Shown piece by piece: positions 37,408 to 52,281 of a stretch of 64,000 nucleotides of DNA (its first letter is position 1; the number at the start of each line of letters is the position of its first letter). Under the pieces are notes generated by a model. It had not been told where the DNA came from. It saw only the letters and a list, made by a program, of their open reading frames with translations, and did no database searches. The position numbers and the translations under genes are program-made. The stretch is from Octopus vulgaris (taxonomy: Eukaryota), in contig OX597838.1 of assembly GCA_951406725.2 (NCBI GenBank), forward strand, positions 496,001 to 560,000, in the 5' to 3' direction.

Positions 37408-37814
37408 CTGGTCAAAAACAAAAACAAACCGATTTTAAGAATATTTCTGGTGGAAAAAGGTAAGTAGATTCAAGAGAGATGTTGGAGGTGGTAGCTTAGA
37501 GGGAAATGGTGGTGGTGGTGGTGGTGGATGGTAGCTGTAGTAGAGGGAGGAGGATAGTGGTTGTTGGTGTCACAATGACATTGGTAGCTGTGCCCCCCCC
37601 TCAAATGCTAGCACTAAATCTAACAGAGATGTTTACATAATTCTTTTTTATTTTATTTTAAACATTATATTATGGAGTTGTACTGTATTCATCTAAACAG
37701 ACAGATCGTTGGTTCAATTCTCAACATTGCACTTATTTACTTTTTAGAGAATTTTATTAAAAACCTGTAAAAATTTCCCAATTTCAGAGGCCCCAGCAGG
37801 TGTTTCAGACTCAC

Positions 37815-38005
37815 CTTTCCTTTGAAGATGTAAACATCACCTCTAATTCTGGTAATAGCGTCGAATTTGTGGGTGCAATCATCAACGAAGCCTTCGTCTT
37901 TATTATCATCTTCTTCTTCTTCATTTTTCTCCTCTTTATCATCTTTAGATCCTTCATGATTAGGGACTAAAACTATCACAGGTGTGTTATTACTGTTTTT
38001 AACAC
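37815..38005 (-). CDS. Matrix metalloproteinase, hinge and start of hemopexin domain
   Basis: ttgcag|...|gtgagt; 191 nt; acidic linker then CTHKFDAITRIRGDVYIFKGK. Confidence 0.9.
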
Positions 38006-38400
38006 CTGCAATTAATAATTGACATATAATTAACAACAAGACATGAAAGTGTGTGTGTATGTGAGTGACTTTTTTATGTATGTACCTGTGAATGTCATTA
38101 TGTGTGAGTGTGTGCTTGGATATGCATATGTATGTGACAATGTGTGTGTGTGTGTGTGTTTAAGCTGTTAGTCCTAACTTTACTGACATTCAGCTCAGTT
38201 AAAATGTCTTTTACAGAATTCCAGGAACCCTAGGACCAGTCTTGGGTTGCAATTAAACATTCTACCAAATTCTTCTTTTAAAAGTATTGGTCAACCTGCA
38301 GCTGTGAGGAATTCCATGCAGAAGACAAGGGAATTGAACACAGAACCACATTGAGAGGAAGCAAACTGCTTAACCACATCGCCATAGTTACTGCCATTAT

Positions 38401-38435
<35 letters not shown>

Positions 38436-38469
38436 ATTAAATATAAAAAGAAAGGAAAAGCTGTCTCAC

Positions 38470-38631
38470 CATAAAGTTTCTGGATGCCCTCAACATCATC
38501 TTTTGGGAGGGTATAATATTTTGACTGTTTTCCGGCGTACCATGGATACATCAGTGATCCTGGGGTCTTGCTGTGGGACAAACCCAAAGCATGACCAAAC
38601 TCATGAGCTGCTACCATAAACAGGTTGACTC
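38470..38631 (-). CDS. Matrix metalloproteinase, zinc-binding exon
   Basis: ttgcag|...|gtgaga; 162 nt; [15 protein letters not shown] (HExxHxxGxxH) and Met-turn SLMYP. Confidence 0.96.
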
Positions 38632-39982
38632 CTGCAAATAAAGGAAAGACATAATGGGTTAGAATCCAACAGAAGCGCTCTGTGTGTGTGTGTGTGTGTG
38701 TGTGTATGTCTGCTATTGTGCTTGCGTAGAAATGGGAAAAGAGCAAGTTGTCTCCCTTGTATAATCTCACTTCAAAATTATTCAAAATTTAGAAACTAAT
38801 TAATTAATTATGCAAAATTAAAGCAAAAAACCTGATTTGTGTTTTGAAAGCAAGACACAGAAATACGTTTCTTTTCCAAAAGTTGAGAGAAATATCAGAT
38901 TAAGAGTTGCAAGCCATTCAAGCATTTCCTTGAATTAATTCAAAGGAATTTCAGTCCAAAATCTTTATTCATTGGACGCGCTTGACCATCTGTTTCAAGG
39001 GCGATCAAGCATGACGGACTGGGGAGGGGGTGTCTCATCGCTTCTATACACAACAAGAAACTAGAACTTGAAAGAAGGGAGAGGAGAGGGAGAAAGAGGA
39101 AGAAGATATAACGGATGCTGTGGTTTAAAAGTTAAAATATTGTTAACAGAATGGAGAAGAGTTCGTTAAAATACTTGAAATTAAAAAAACGGAACAAAAA
39201 ACGAAGAAAAACTCGTGTTTACCGATAGAGTAAACAGATAAAGGGCACACACCGGACGTCAATCTTTTCTGACGTTACACACACACACACACACACACAC
39301 ACCCATATATATATATATATGTATATATGTATGTCATGTATTTATACGTATCTTTTATTTGCTTCGGCCATATAGCTACTGTCATACTTCTTCCGATCTT
39401 CAACCGAATACGCAAACTCTTAGCCACGCGACACACTCATACACGTTTTTGTTCTTTCTCTGCTTGTGAATCAGATGTCTGCGTAACTCTATTTACATGT
39501 TTATCTGTTCGTATGGCTTGTAACTACATCATGTACCTAACAGTCATACTACGGTGAGGCGGGGGATCCTATTCTCCTGAACAAAATATTTTCATCTTTC
39601 TCTGAATAAAAATTTTTGTGGGAAATAAAAACAAGGGAGGTCACTCTAGATATATCCCTATTCCAGTCACCTGATCGGTGTTTCGCTGTAGCTTCTCCAA
39701 CGTTTTACGTCACTACAACAGTGTCTGATCCTTTTTCATTTAAATATCTAAACCCTCTCCACCTACCGTGTCTCACTTCCCCCCACCTCGTACTTCTCCA
39801 TGATTCTACCTCTCCCCTCCAATCAGCCTTCATTAATCTTTAAACCGAACACTGGTAGTTAAACATTAACCTCACTCATCAGTCTAAATCACAGTCATCT
39901 TTCAATTTAGGAGAGCATGAAAAGATTATGGGCCCGTCTTGCTGTTTCCACACTGTAGGACGGACGGACTCAATGCAGTTAT

Positions 39983-40025
<43 letters not shown>

Positions 40026-40275
40026 GTAGCTGCGGCGAGTGAAACCCGTCTGCTATCTGTCCGTGGTGAACAGTATGGCTACCCATACAAGTTCATTTCC
40101 GAGTAAGAGTGGAGGTTGTACCAGTCATGCTCTCGGGTGGAGAGTTTGATTGCGTTTCTTTCAAGCTTGTGGTTTCATATAAATTCAAGAACTCAGTATC
40201 TATTACTGCTTATTGGTGACATGTACTCAGGTAAAGATGTACCCGACACAGGTACAGCCGGATAGTGGCACTTAC

Positions 40276-40371
40276 CTTCATCAGAATCGACTGTCCAATT
40301 CTCGTCATCATCAAAATGTGCGTCTCCTCCTTTGTTTTCACCCGGGAAGAATGCGTGAGCCAGAATATTGC
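40276..40371 (-). CDS. Matrix metalloproteinase, catalytic exon
   Basis: ttccag|...|gtaagt; 96 nt; [27 protein letters not shown]. Confidence 0.95.
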
Positions 40372-41215
40372 CTGGAAAAAAAAAAGAGAGTCAGAGATCA
40401 TTCGGGGATGGCAACATTACACACAAACACGTGCATACATGCACGAATACATACACACAAGCACACATACACATGCATACATGCACGAATACATGCAAAG
40501 ACACGCTTATGCAAACACACAAACATTTCATTTATGCATACAAACACTCTCATACACTCAAACATACATTCACACACAGCTACACGCACGTATACATACA
40601 TACACACACACACACACACATTTTTTTATGTTGTAAATTTAAACGTTCAATTCTAGACGCCTTCCTTTTATCCTTCTTGGGTCCAGTACCAGTTATATAC
40701 TGAGGTCAATTACAGTCGTAACTCACCCTCAATATTTCTACATAAAAGTGATGTTGTTGTTTAGCCACATGTTAGCTTTGATCTACCAGACTTATAGACA
40801 ACCGTTCCAACCATGACAAACACGTCTTATTTCAGATGTAGTACATATAGGACTACATTGTCCAATATGACCCTCACTAATATTTTTTTAAAGACTGTAA
40901 AATGTAATTTGGAAGAGATTCGATACTTATTTCTAGCAAGTTGAGCTGCCACACACAGGCTCCCTTATCGGATCGTTGTTATAGTGGTGGTCATGGTAAG
41001 AGGGACGATGGAACGATTACAAAAGGATGTTGGTGTAATGGTTATTGTTGTTTAACCCTAGGTCAGATTAATCCACCCAGCGCCATTCCAACCGTAACCA
41101 CCCTGTCTTTTATTCAGTATTTCTAGACCTACATTATTACCTCGTGTCTCCTTCCAAATTGCGATGGTAGTTTGACTGTTATTGCTAGCAGGCCACTATG
41201 GTAAGAGAAACTAAC

Positions 41216-41409
41216 CTGGTCCATCGAATGGATATCCATCATGATGGAACTTTTGGGCAAACATAATCCGGATGTCGGCATCCTTCTTGGCTGATCCAAA
41301 CATAATCTCGGTAAAAGTGAGGTGGGTCACCTGACTCCAGACGCGGAAAGCTTCATATATCACGGTCCGGATTTTGGTAAACTTCACATCAGGACTGTAG
41401 TTTAGGAAC
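41216..41409 (-). CDS. Matrix metalloproteinase, catalytic exon (most 5' exon found)
   Basis: ttgtag|G TTC CTA AAC...|gttagt; 194 nt; FLNYSPD...AFRVWSQVTHLTF...ADIRIMF...HHDGYPFDGPG. Confidence 0.94.
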
Positions 41410-42198
41410 CTACAAAAGACAATAGACACACATTAATTGGTTTCATGATGAGTTGGATTAATATTGTCAGTATTTATTACAATTAAGAAAGGGAGAAAGA
41501 AAGAGGGGAGTTGTGGCAGTATTTCGTTATCTCGACATTCTGAGATCAAATGATGCCAGAGCCAACATAACTTCTTACTTCACCGGGGTCAGTATTTAAG
41601 TACCAGTCATGTACGGAGATCAAGTTAATCTTTGTGTGTTGTTGAGATTTAGAAATCCTTGTTTGCCTGGGGTGACAAGTTCATCGGTACAGGGCGACAC
41701 CAGTGTATAAAGTCAGATTGCAATCTGTAACCCAAGCAGGGTTAATAAGTAAACAGCTGTAATATATTGGGGTTCATCTCATTTGTGCTTACACGATTTG
41801 CTAGGCATAGCAGCCAAATCTCATCCAAATCACATCCTATCATTGCTAAAAAGAAGCTACGTTGAATAAAGTACCCGTGAATACAACAGTGATTAGGAGA
41901 GAGTCTGGATAATCACGGATGGAATGTCTTGGTTCCTCTTAGATCAGAATTGATTTAGAGAAGCATGGGAGAGAGAGGGGGGAGATGGAGTTAAGATATA
42001 GTGAAGTAGAGGTGGGAGGAAGAGGAGTTAGAAGCTGGATAATCAGTTTGAAATAGAGAGATTGTGCGTGTCATGTGATCTGTTGACCTAATTATAGAGC
42101 AATGGGGATGGTGGGGAGACGTACAGGGTGTAATATTAATGTATAGAATGAAAATATATGTGTATATGTGTGTGTACGTATGTACACATGTATATGCA

Positions 42199-42303
<105 letters not shown>

Positions 42304-42390
42304 GTATATATATATGTGTGTGTGTGTGTATGCATATATATGTGTATGCATATATATATATATATACATATATGTATGTATATATGTATG

Positions 42391-42479
<89 letters not shown>

Positions 42480-43772
42480 GTATATATGTGTCTGTATGTA
42501 TGCATATATGTATATATATATATACATATATATCTGAAGGTATATGTATATAATTGTAAGGAAGTGAAGATGGAAATGATGGTGTAATATTAATGCAATA
42601 TCACGTTTTCATGCACACGCACGCACACGAACAGATGTGCATGTGAGCTGCGCTTAGACGTCTGTACCTGCAACACACCTGCGTAGAGCTTTGCATTTAC
42701 AAAATTACGACCATTCAGAATGCGTACGCGCGCAATATGGAGTTATAAACACTCAGAATAGAAATCCTTCCCCCCACACACATACACATATATATACACA
42801 TGTATATACACATGTATATGTGTATATATAAATAGATAGATAGATAAATACATACATACATTGAAGAAGTTAATAAGTGTTAATTGATGAACATATGCAA
42901 TTAGATGATCTTTATACACTTGAGATGTTTCATTAAGTTGTTTACTTGAGTGTGTGTGTAAATATATATATATATATATATGTAAATATACATATATGTG
43001 TGTGTGTGTTTATTAGTGTATGTCTGTATATATGTATATGACTCTGGTTACTATCTAATATTACACACACGTATTTTCTATGCAATTAAAATTTGAGATT
43101 TGATAATTAATCTGTTTTTCTGCCCAATATTTTATGTTTTCATACACACTTAAGGAAACACAGCGACGGAGAATCAGTGAATTAGTGGCTATCATCCTTC
43201 ATCTACCTTCTACACAGCGCGTGTGTGAATTGTAGGTACCAAGTAAGTACTAAGTGTGTGTACCACGAGTGTACTTTAAGATGTACCACGAGTGTACTTT
43301 AAGATGTACCGCGTGTATAATGTGTGTATCTACTAAGTACGAAATTTGTACTCTGTGTGTACCACGTGCAAGTGTCACGTGAGTAAATGTAAATATGGGA
43401 GTAGATGAAGCAATGGCATTGGTTATCGATACATATTGATGAGAATCAGAATTTGTCATCGGTGATTGATTGAGAAATAACAGGACAGTGTCTCGTACTA
43501 ATGGCGCCTACTCAGTCAGAAAGAAGACTGTTCTTTTCCTTAATGCTATGTTAACTGAGACTATCTGCCTTGGTTTAAATTGCCATTTGCTAATTAAAAG
43601 ACATCCTTTTGAGGCGGAGATAATTTTAATAAATAAAAAATTTATGTTGTAGTGTATTTGATATACTTGTATTTGTCTGTGTTGCTTATATTACTTGCCA
43701 CCGGCCAATTTGAGTTATTTCTCTTGATTCGTGTTTGTTTAAAATAGGTAAATTATATATAAATACATACGT

Positions 43773-43855
<83 letters not shown>

Positions 43856-43892
43856 CGACACACATTCATACGTATATAAAGGTACATATATT

Positions 43893-44108
43893 CTTTTCTA
43901 CTCTAGGCACAAGGCTCGAAATGTTGGGGGAGGGGGACAATTGATTAGATCGTCCCAGTACACAACTGGTACTTGATTTATTGACCCCGAAAGGATGAAA
44001 GGCAAAGTCGATCTAGGCAGAATTTGAACTCAGAACGTAGCGGCAGACGAAATACCGCAAAGCATTTCGCCCGGCGTGCTAACGTTTCTGCCAGCTCACC
44101 GCCTCCTC
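43893..44108 (-). mobile_element. Full-length SINE family A with perfect 14-bp TSD
   Basis: AAGGTACATATATT at 43879-43892 and 44109-44122; intact head aggcggtgagctggcagaaacgttagcacgccgggcg. Confidence 0.9.
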
Positions 44109-44947
44109 AAGGTACATATATTAACTCACACATATGTCTGTATATACATGTATGTTTACACACCCAAAGTTTCTGACTGTCTACTATATTTATGCGACTA
44201 AACTGATGACAAGCAGTTCTGTGTCATGTAAAGACCGCAGTGCCATGGACCTTGACCAGACACTTATTTAATCCCTGACCAAACAAACATATCTGCGATC
44301 ATTTCTTTACCATGGGTCAGTGATGTCCTCTTAATATTCACAACCCACATCAGTGAGTGGCATATGTTATGTGGCAACTGGTGAACTACGACGTCTTTCG
44401 TTGCAGCTTTACACTGGACTAATTACTGGGTCATTGGAATAACAAATCGAGTGAAAGGTGAGAACCATCTTAACAGACCTAGCCCACTTCTTGCAAATTA
44501 TTCATTCATCATTAATATCAATTATTGATTTATTATGATTTAATCGTCACAGAGTCAAGATGGAGAAAAGGAGTTCCGTAAAAGGAGGGAGGAAGAGAAA
44601 TTTCACATCTCCTCTGCCAGCTTCTGAACAGACATTTCCTGCTTTAAAAGACACTGAATTCTGTCGTGGTTTTGTTTTAGACGATGACGCAGCGGGAAAT
44701 ACTAAAACATTGCTTTGCTGTTGTTGTCGCTTTTGGTGTTGATAATTGTTTAGTGTATGCTGCGATGTCGGTGACTTACTCACAAACGTTTACGATGTTA
44801 TCCATAATATTTGGCCAATAGGCTCTCTCGCGCTTGTTATACAAACTAACACCGTAATACAGAAGAGTATAAGACCCATACACACATAGAGCATCAATTC
44901 GAAGGGGTTTGACATCCAGAGTATGTACGAGGGGATCTGTCACTTGC

Positions 44948-45021
<74 letters not shown>

Positions 45022-45027
45022 TAATAA

Positions 45028-45560
45028 CCAGTGGCTCTCATGGTTTCTGATCTTAACTGATTGGAAGTGTTATCATGTACATTGTTTTGTCTTGGTATAA
45101 AAGATGGGCTACAGCAAATATTCTGCTCAATACCACAGATTTACTTGTCAGTCGTTTGAGCTTATCCAACTGAGCATGTCCATTCGTGGCTGACGATATG
45201 TGCATCTCTGATCACGAGCAGAAGTAGTGGGGGAGCATCATAGCCATGTGTAGGGAGGGATTCTTTGGGGTTTGAATAATTCACCTCTGGAAACATGGGT
45301 GGTTCTTTCAACATCCTTAAACAAGCCTTATTCAGGGACCTTTTGAGCGGGATGGGCTACTCGACCAGAAGAAAACTCTAACTGGGCCCCACCTGCGAGA
45401 TCATGTGCTGTTTATCTTGATATGAGATCACCATGTCACGCACATATGGTTGTGATGCATGTGCCTGGTGTACCCTTATCAGACGGATAGTCATGATTTG
45501 TATACTGGGCTTCGTATATTTTACCCCAGTGTCACTTTGATGGCGTGCACTACTCTCTCA

Positions 45561-45563
<3 letters not shown>
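45028..45563 (-). mobile_element. ~520-bp (ATT)n-associated interspersed element, copy 2
   Basis: Reverse complement of 35491-36014; flanked both sides by (AAT)n. Confidence 0.85.
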
Positions 45564-45632
<69 letters not shown>

Positions 45633-46381
45633 TCTTTCTATAAGGCCTCAAATTTGGGGAAGGGATTAAGTCGATTGCATCGACCCCAGTGCGTAACTGG
45701 TATTTATTTAATCCCCGACGTGCTAACGATTCTGCCAGCTCACCGCCTTAAAAACACAATTCTAAAGGGGTTAAAGGCCAGGTATTGGGATGTGTGTGTT
45801 TGCGTGTTTCTTTTTTGCACGCGTAACATTTGTATAAAACACATGAATGAAAACATATGTATATGCATTTATATATGTGTGTTGTATGTGTAGAGTATGA
45901 ATGTATATGTAACGTTGAGTTATACACACACACACACACACACACACACATCTATATATGTGTACTTGTGTCGGTGTATTGAGTTTTTTTTCTAAACTGG
46001 TGAACATCAAGAATGTGAGAGAAATTCGGACCACGGTTGAGCCAATTCATATCACTTCTTCAATTTGGGATTTCATTTTACAACCGTAGACAGTTTGAAT
46101 AGGTCTAACAGAGTCATACCATGACACTCCATGGTGAAATATCCAGCGTTGATAAAGTGATCCATTAGCAATTACTAGAATATATGTACTCATCTACCCA
46201 ATATATTACTTGTATAAATGATTATTAAACATGGAAGAGACGATCAAAATAACGTTGCACACTCCGAGTGTGGTTTGAGGTCAGAAAGAGAAGATAACCA
46301 AACGAGAGAGAGAGAGAGAGAGAGCAACGTGGGCAGAATGTCTGACTTTACTTTCAGGTTGGTGTCTGGGATAAAATCTGT

Positions 46382-46438
46382 GTGGGCAGGGAACGAGTGG
46401 GGGTGGAGTGGGCAGGGAACGAGTGGGGGTGGAGTGGC
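46382..46438. repeat. 26-bp G-rich tandem duplication
   Basis: gtgggcagggaacgagtgggggtgga x2. Confidence 0.85.
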
Positions 46439-49400
46439 AGTGGAGTTTGTTGCTGTTTGTTAATTATCTTGTTACTATAGCAACAATAACCTTGCAGTAG
46501 CGCAAAGGTGATGGTGGGGGTGGGGCAGAGAGTGATTCATCAACTGATAATTGCTCAGAAGTAGTAGTAGTAGCAGCAGCAGCAGCAACAACAACAGTGA
46601 GGATAATGAGAGGTTGAAAAGAAGAGGAAGGAGAGAAAGAAGGAAAAGTTGACGATGAAGAAGAAAAAATATGATTGTGTAAAATCTCACCACCACCCCT
46701 CATCACTCCCCCTCCCCATCACTGATCAATTACCCACTCCCCACCCCCTCTACTTCATCAATATTCACTTCCGATAAAGATTCCACGATTTCAATTCCCT
46801 TATTCCGTGTAATCTGATATGTTGCACGGCTCGAATATAACTGTTCTGAGATCGATCCCAGGTAGGAAATGTGATAAGTGTTTAGGTCACAGGGGGTGGG
46901 GGTGGCAGCGGTGGTGGAGGGAGAGAAAGAGAGAGAGAGAGACTGAGAAGTAAAATGTGTGTGCGCTCGCGCGCGCGTGCAAACGTATACATGACCAAGG
47001 TTTACTTGGTCACATATACAAAAAAGGGACGATGGAACTGTTGCAGTGGCCAGTTGTCCAGTAATTAAGAATTTTTACTGTTGTGGTGGTCAGTTGATGA
47101 AAAAGAGAACATTTTGCGGTCAGAGAGAGGGAAGGAGGGGGGAGAGGGAGACTGTGTTGGTTGACAGAATGAAGCCGTACTTCGAACCCCACCAACTGGT
47201 CCTTTGGTATCTTTAGTAAGGCCCACACTGTTGTTACCCAGTGGAACATCATCACCTGGCCCTTAGCGGGGTTCACTCTGTTGGAAGTATCTTGGCTTAA
47301 GTCACCGGTTTAAAGGTAACTGTGTCCCTTCCACCTATCAGTCTTTTCAGACACTGAAAGAGTTCCGAGGGTTCTTTAACATTATGACACAGATGGAATT
47401 CCCTGTTCAAAAGGTCTTCGGACTCGCCATTCTCTAAATTCAGTCTGGAATAGTGTAAATAGCAAAAACTTTTCGACAATTTTGTGAAGGTCAGTAGCCG
47501 AGTAATTAGGCCATTGGGCACGCGATTGTTAGTTTGGCAGTTCGTTCTTGGACTGCGTCTGAGCAAAATGCTTCCGTTAATTTTACTCAATTTCACACAT
47601 ATGAAAATGAAGATCAGCGGTCAACCCTGTAATACACTGGGGTCTTTGTTCAGGAATTGGTTTTGTACTCTGAGTCATCTAAACATCTCATAGACTCAAA
47701 CTTCGACCTAATGGTTCTAAAGGACGGAGAACAAATTTTCTAAATAGTTTGTACATAATTAACTCATGTTGTTATACTGCAGAAAGAATCAAAGACGGTC
47801 CAGCCGTAGCCATACCATTAATAGTTTAGACAGACAGACAGATTGATAGAAGATTGTTAAATGGAAATTTACAGAGAAAAAAATTGGATGAAGATAATAT
47901 ATAAAAGATAAAAATAAACAAGGAATAAGGCCATAGATTTGGGAAGAAGGGAGTCTGGGGAAATCAGTGGTCTGCGAGGGTGTCTAATTGCATTCAGAGT
48001 TCGAATTTCGCTGGAGTCAAATACACTTAACCTTTCAGGGTGGGGAGATTAAACAGTAAGCAAGTATTGCGGCAAACTCAACCTTCACCCCCACGCCCCT
48101 CCCACCCTTATGTTAGAAATCGTTCGATCTTTCTCTTTAGACTCCGAATTCACAGATCAATACAAATATCTATCACTGCTCACAGATCGATACAAATATC
48201 TTTGAGAAATATTGAATTAAAATCGATTTTTGAAGAGTCTCCAAAGTTCAAAGAATTGTGCTTTCGGTTTGGCTGAAGAACAACGCTGCAACGAGGTATG
48301 GAAATCTTGGTACTATAGCATCAACCACACCAGTCCATACACTACTTGCACAACATCGTAAACCATACAACTCTTACAACCACCACCACCGCCGCCGCCG
48401 TCGCCACCACCACCAACTCTATAATATCGCATTCTAATTAACGTCTGATCAATATTTAGTCTATCTTGTAGTTGTTCATGTTGGTGTCTTGTTGCATGCT
48501 TCTCACCTTGCTGCTTTTTTGTAGTGTGTGTGTGTGTGTGTGCGTGCGCGCAGACGTCGTTATAATCAGCATCAATAGGTGGCGCTAAGTCGAAAATTTC
48601 GAGAGAGGCCCAAGCGATTGAAAATAGACAGCTACATCCATCCTGCTCTCCCTTTCTCTCTCACTCACACACAGATAAGCCTTAGATGGGAGCATACAGG
48701 CGGTGTTCACAACTATTCCCCATCTGTGCTGCTGCCAACTCCCTATCGTTGCTAGGGTGGTCGTTCAGCAAACGCCATCTGTTGAGGGGGTTCTCTGTTG
48801 TCTTCAGATCGGGCCATGTATAGACCCCGACTCTTATCGTCACACTTACGTAAGTGTGCCGTTCTTAATATAACAGGAAGCTCAGCCAGGCACCAATTAA
48901 GATTCTAGAATGGAATTCCTATAAAAGAGTTTTTAAGGTCATAGAAAATACGCCGCCGTAAAACCGACCCACGGAGAGGAGGAAACAGTGGCTGTGCTTC
49001 TAAATTCATTGCCAATAGCTTGATAGAGATTGGTACCATGATTGCTGTTGCTGCTGCTGCTGATGATGAGGATGATGAGGATGAGGCGAGTCTGTCATCT
49101 TGTCTTGTATCATTCATAAGTTATAGCCGATAAATGATGATGATAATGATGGTGATGATGGCGACGACGCGGCGGAGGGCGATGATAGTGGAGAACAGAA
49201 AGAGGCAGATGCTAGTTTGTGTTTGCAAGTGTCGTAGTGTTATGAGAGAGACACATCTGTACCTGGAGAGAACGCTGGTCTATCTCGTGCAATATTCCCA
49301 TTAAAGAATTAGGTGTTCTACCTAGAAACAAATCGAAATGGCACTCATAGATGTGAACTCATTTCCTTTCAGTTCGTTCACCAATAAATTATTCACACGG

Positions 49401-51203
49401 TCACATGACCAACACACACACACACACACGCACTGTTGATTAGTCGTAAAAGTAGTAATAGCTGTGGTGGTGGTGATGGTAGTAGTAGTAGTGAAGGTGA
49501 TGTGGTGACGGTGGTGGTGGTACAAAACTGTACAATGCTCCTCAGAAATGTAACAGCGGTGATGTAAAAAAAACTATAGAGAAATATCAACCTCTCTCTT
49601 TTAATGGCGTCCTTCATCTGGTCACCGATGTTGACTGCGAGAACTCTTAACAAGGGACAACTGATCCCTAACGTATTTTTGATGGACTCCACTTAGCAGG
49701 CTTCATTCTTCTCCACCCAGTTTAGTTTCATTCGCTAAATGCTGCGTGCTTTTAGTAGACTCTGCTAAAGACAACCAGCCATTAGCTGAACCGTGCCTCC
49801 GGTTTGGGGTCAACACCTTTCCTTTCTTCCGCCAATGTCTGATTCTAAAGAAGGTCAGGTGTTTTGTTTTTCCTTAGTAGTTATAAAAATAATTATCTTC
49901 AATAAAATAATAATAATAAATTATCTGCCACAACCTTTCCAAAATACCGTTCCCTTCCTTCTGCACCCTGGACCATTATTGCTCCCTCGAAATATTCTAC
50001 ACTATTGCAGCTTGTTATAGTTACATTGATAACATTATTGTATATATTGATCCTTTAAATATCCCTTCCCCATCCTAAACATGTTTCCTACTGACACGAT
50101 TTTTCTGTTCACTATTAATAATTGAAACCACAGAAAGGGAGGCAACTGGTGAGGTTACGTGTCCTCAACGAATACTCCAAGAAGTGTGTAGGATCTTGCA
50201 GGCATGAAGTGGATTCGATCCACCATAGCCAAATTTAAATTAACAGTTCAACAGAACTTTTCTCACGGTGGAACAATGGCTTTTCTCTGACAGCAGTTTT
50301 ACATTTTCCAGATGTCTTTAGCTAGGACGAAATAATGTCTTCGCCACTTGACCCTTATAACCTCTTCTACTTCACCAAAAACCAGAATAGCGATAACAAG
50401 ACCACCAACTAAATATATTGTTCTCAATATGTCTATCCTTCTGGATAGTTATAAAAGCAAGAACACCTCAAGCAAAAATTAGTCACTTCGGTGACGACTC
50501 AACGAGTTAGTTACTTCAGTGTGACAACTCAGTGAGAACGAAGTCTGGCTGACCAGCTACAACCTTGGTCCGAGGGAGAAATGAAGTTTACTGTCAGTAA
50601 CTGTGAGACAACGCCCAACACCATACAACTCTCACTAGCTCTAATTCTGTTCTCTTACAACATCATTCTATCTCTCTCCGCAATTACTACTAAACAATGC
50701 AGAGAACACAAACACAAACTTTACTTCGCAAGCTTTTGGATTTATCATAACCTGCCCGTCGAGGCAAGGTATTTGTAACGTAACGGTAAATAAATATTTC
50801 TTTAAAACTTCAAGCATTGTCCATTTTTCACATCTTACAACTTGCCGTTACAACAACAAATTCATATCGTCACAACTGCTGACTCCGACATTTCATATTA
50901 TTGTGTACCTAAACAATCTTACCCGTTACAAATGGTAACTGCACTAATTAAAACTCAACCGTTACAAGTGTGATAGTCAAAATAAATGTAGTTCCTGTAA
51001 GGAATCGGTAAAGTTGCGATGATGTCTTTTGTCGTATGTTGCAGTGGAAATGTATTCGGAAGTAGTTATTATCAACTAATTACTCTCTCCAGAAAACTGC
51101 TGCTTTCTCTCGGACTTATGTCACTTTGGTTTGTCTCGACATTATGTTTAGTCCTTGTTGTACTAAAGATGTCACTAGTGCACTAAATTTTCATTATTTA
51201 CAG

Positions 51204-51418
51204 CAGCGATTCCCAACCGGTTTTAGGGTCCAAGCCCAGATCCAAAACCTGGATGTTTTAGGGGGCCACACGAAAAAAAAAAATAGAAGGTAAAATACAA
51301 ATTAATTAAAGAAAAGTTTATTATATTTATAGAGGGAAAACCGTTGAGGGCCACCAGAAGGATGCAAGGATGCATGAGGGTTGAACGCGGTCCCAGGAGC
51401 GACGGTTGAGAACTACTG
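51204..51418. mobile_element. hAT (Charlie-like) MITE
   Basis: TIRs cagcgattcccaacc / ggttgagaactactg; 8-bp TSD atttacag / atttaaag (7 of 8 match). Confidence 0.8.
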
Positions 51419-52234
51419 ATTTAAAGGTTTAAAGAACACTCTAACACTGGCGGACCTTGGGTGGGTTCTGGTTTAATAGATCTTTTCCTTCTGAAATATT
51501 TTAACAATGTAAATTATTCTTAAACAAAAGCAGACATGAAGGCCTCAACACAGTATTTTCTTGCAAAGAATACCAAAACCCCCGGAGGGAAGGAGGACTT
51601 TTCATTTGCAAGATCTTCAAGAATAAACAGCTTCTTTACATAGCATAGGCACAGGATTGATAAAACCGTTACGGCTGCAAAGCTTAGTTCCAGACATTGA
51701 CGTTTTGAGTTCAAATCCGAACGAGGTCACCTTTGTTTTTTTTCTCTTCCGAGGTCAATACAATAAAGTACCAGTCACGTACATACAAACACACAGAAAT
51801 ATACACATGCATATTCACTAAGAAATATACATTCACTGACACACATATACACTAACAACTAAACGCAGGGTCGAACCAAAGAGGGAGTCTCTATGTGTGG
51901 ACACCCAAAACGCTAGAAATAACAGCCAAACTACCTTATATTACATCCAGCTGTTTTATGAAAAGACTCGTTAGCTAATGTGGTCTGAAATGTATCTCTA
52001 CAACAAAAAAAAAAAGTAGAAAGGTCGTGGTTGGGTTGTTAGTAAATCAAGGACGACCTTAAAACAAATTCTGATCAGATTTTTAAAATTTCAGGATCTT
52101 TTAATTAAACTTTAATAAAACAAACATAAAAAAGTAAACGAAGAAAAAAATGTGGGACAGGGGGGGGGCGGTGTTTTAGTTTCAGAAGAAAAAAAACTTT
52201 GGTTGTCTGAAGTCTGGGATTATAGTAACATAAG

Positions 52235-52281
<47 letters not shown>

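Noticed and set aside
49393-49692. ORF containing DQMKDAIKRE as a possible MMP pro-domain exon
   Set aside because: No PRCG cysteine switch or convincing splice sites; runs into a microsatellite
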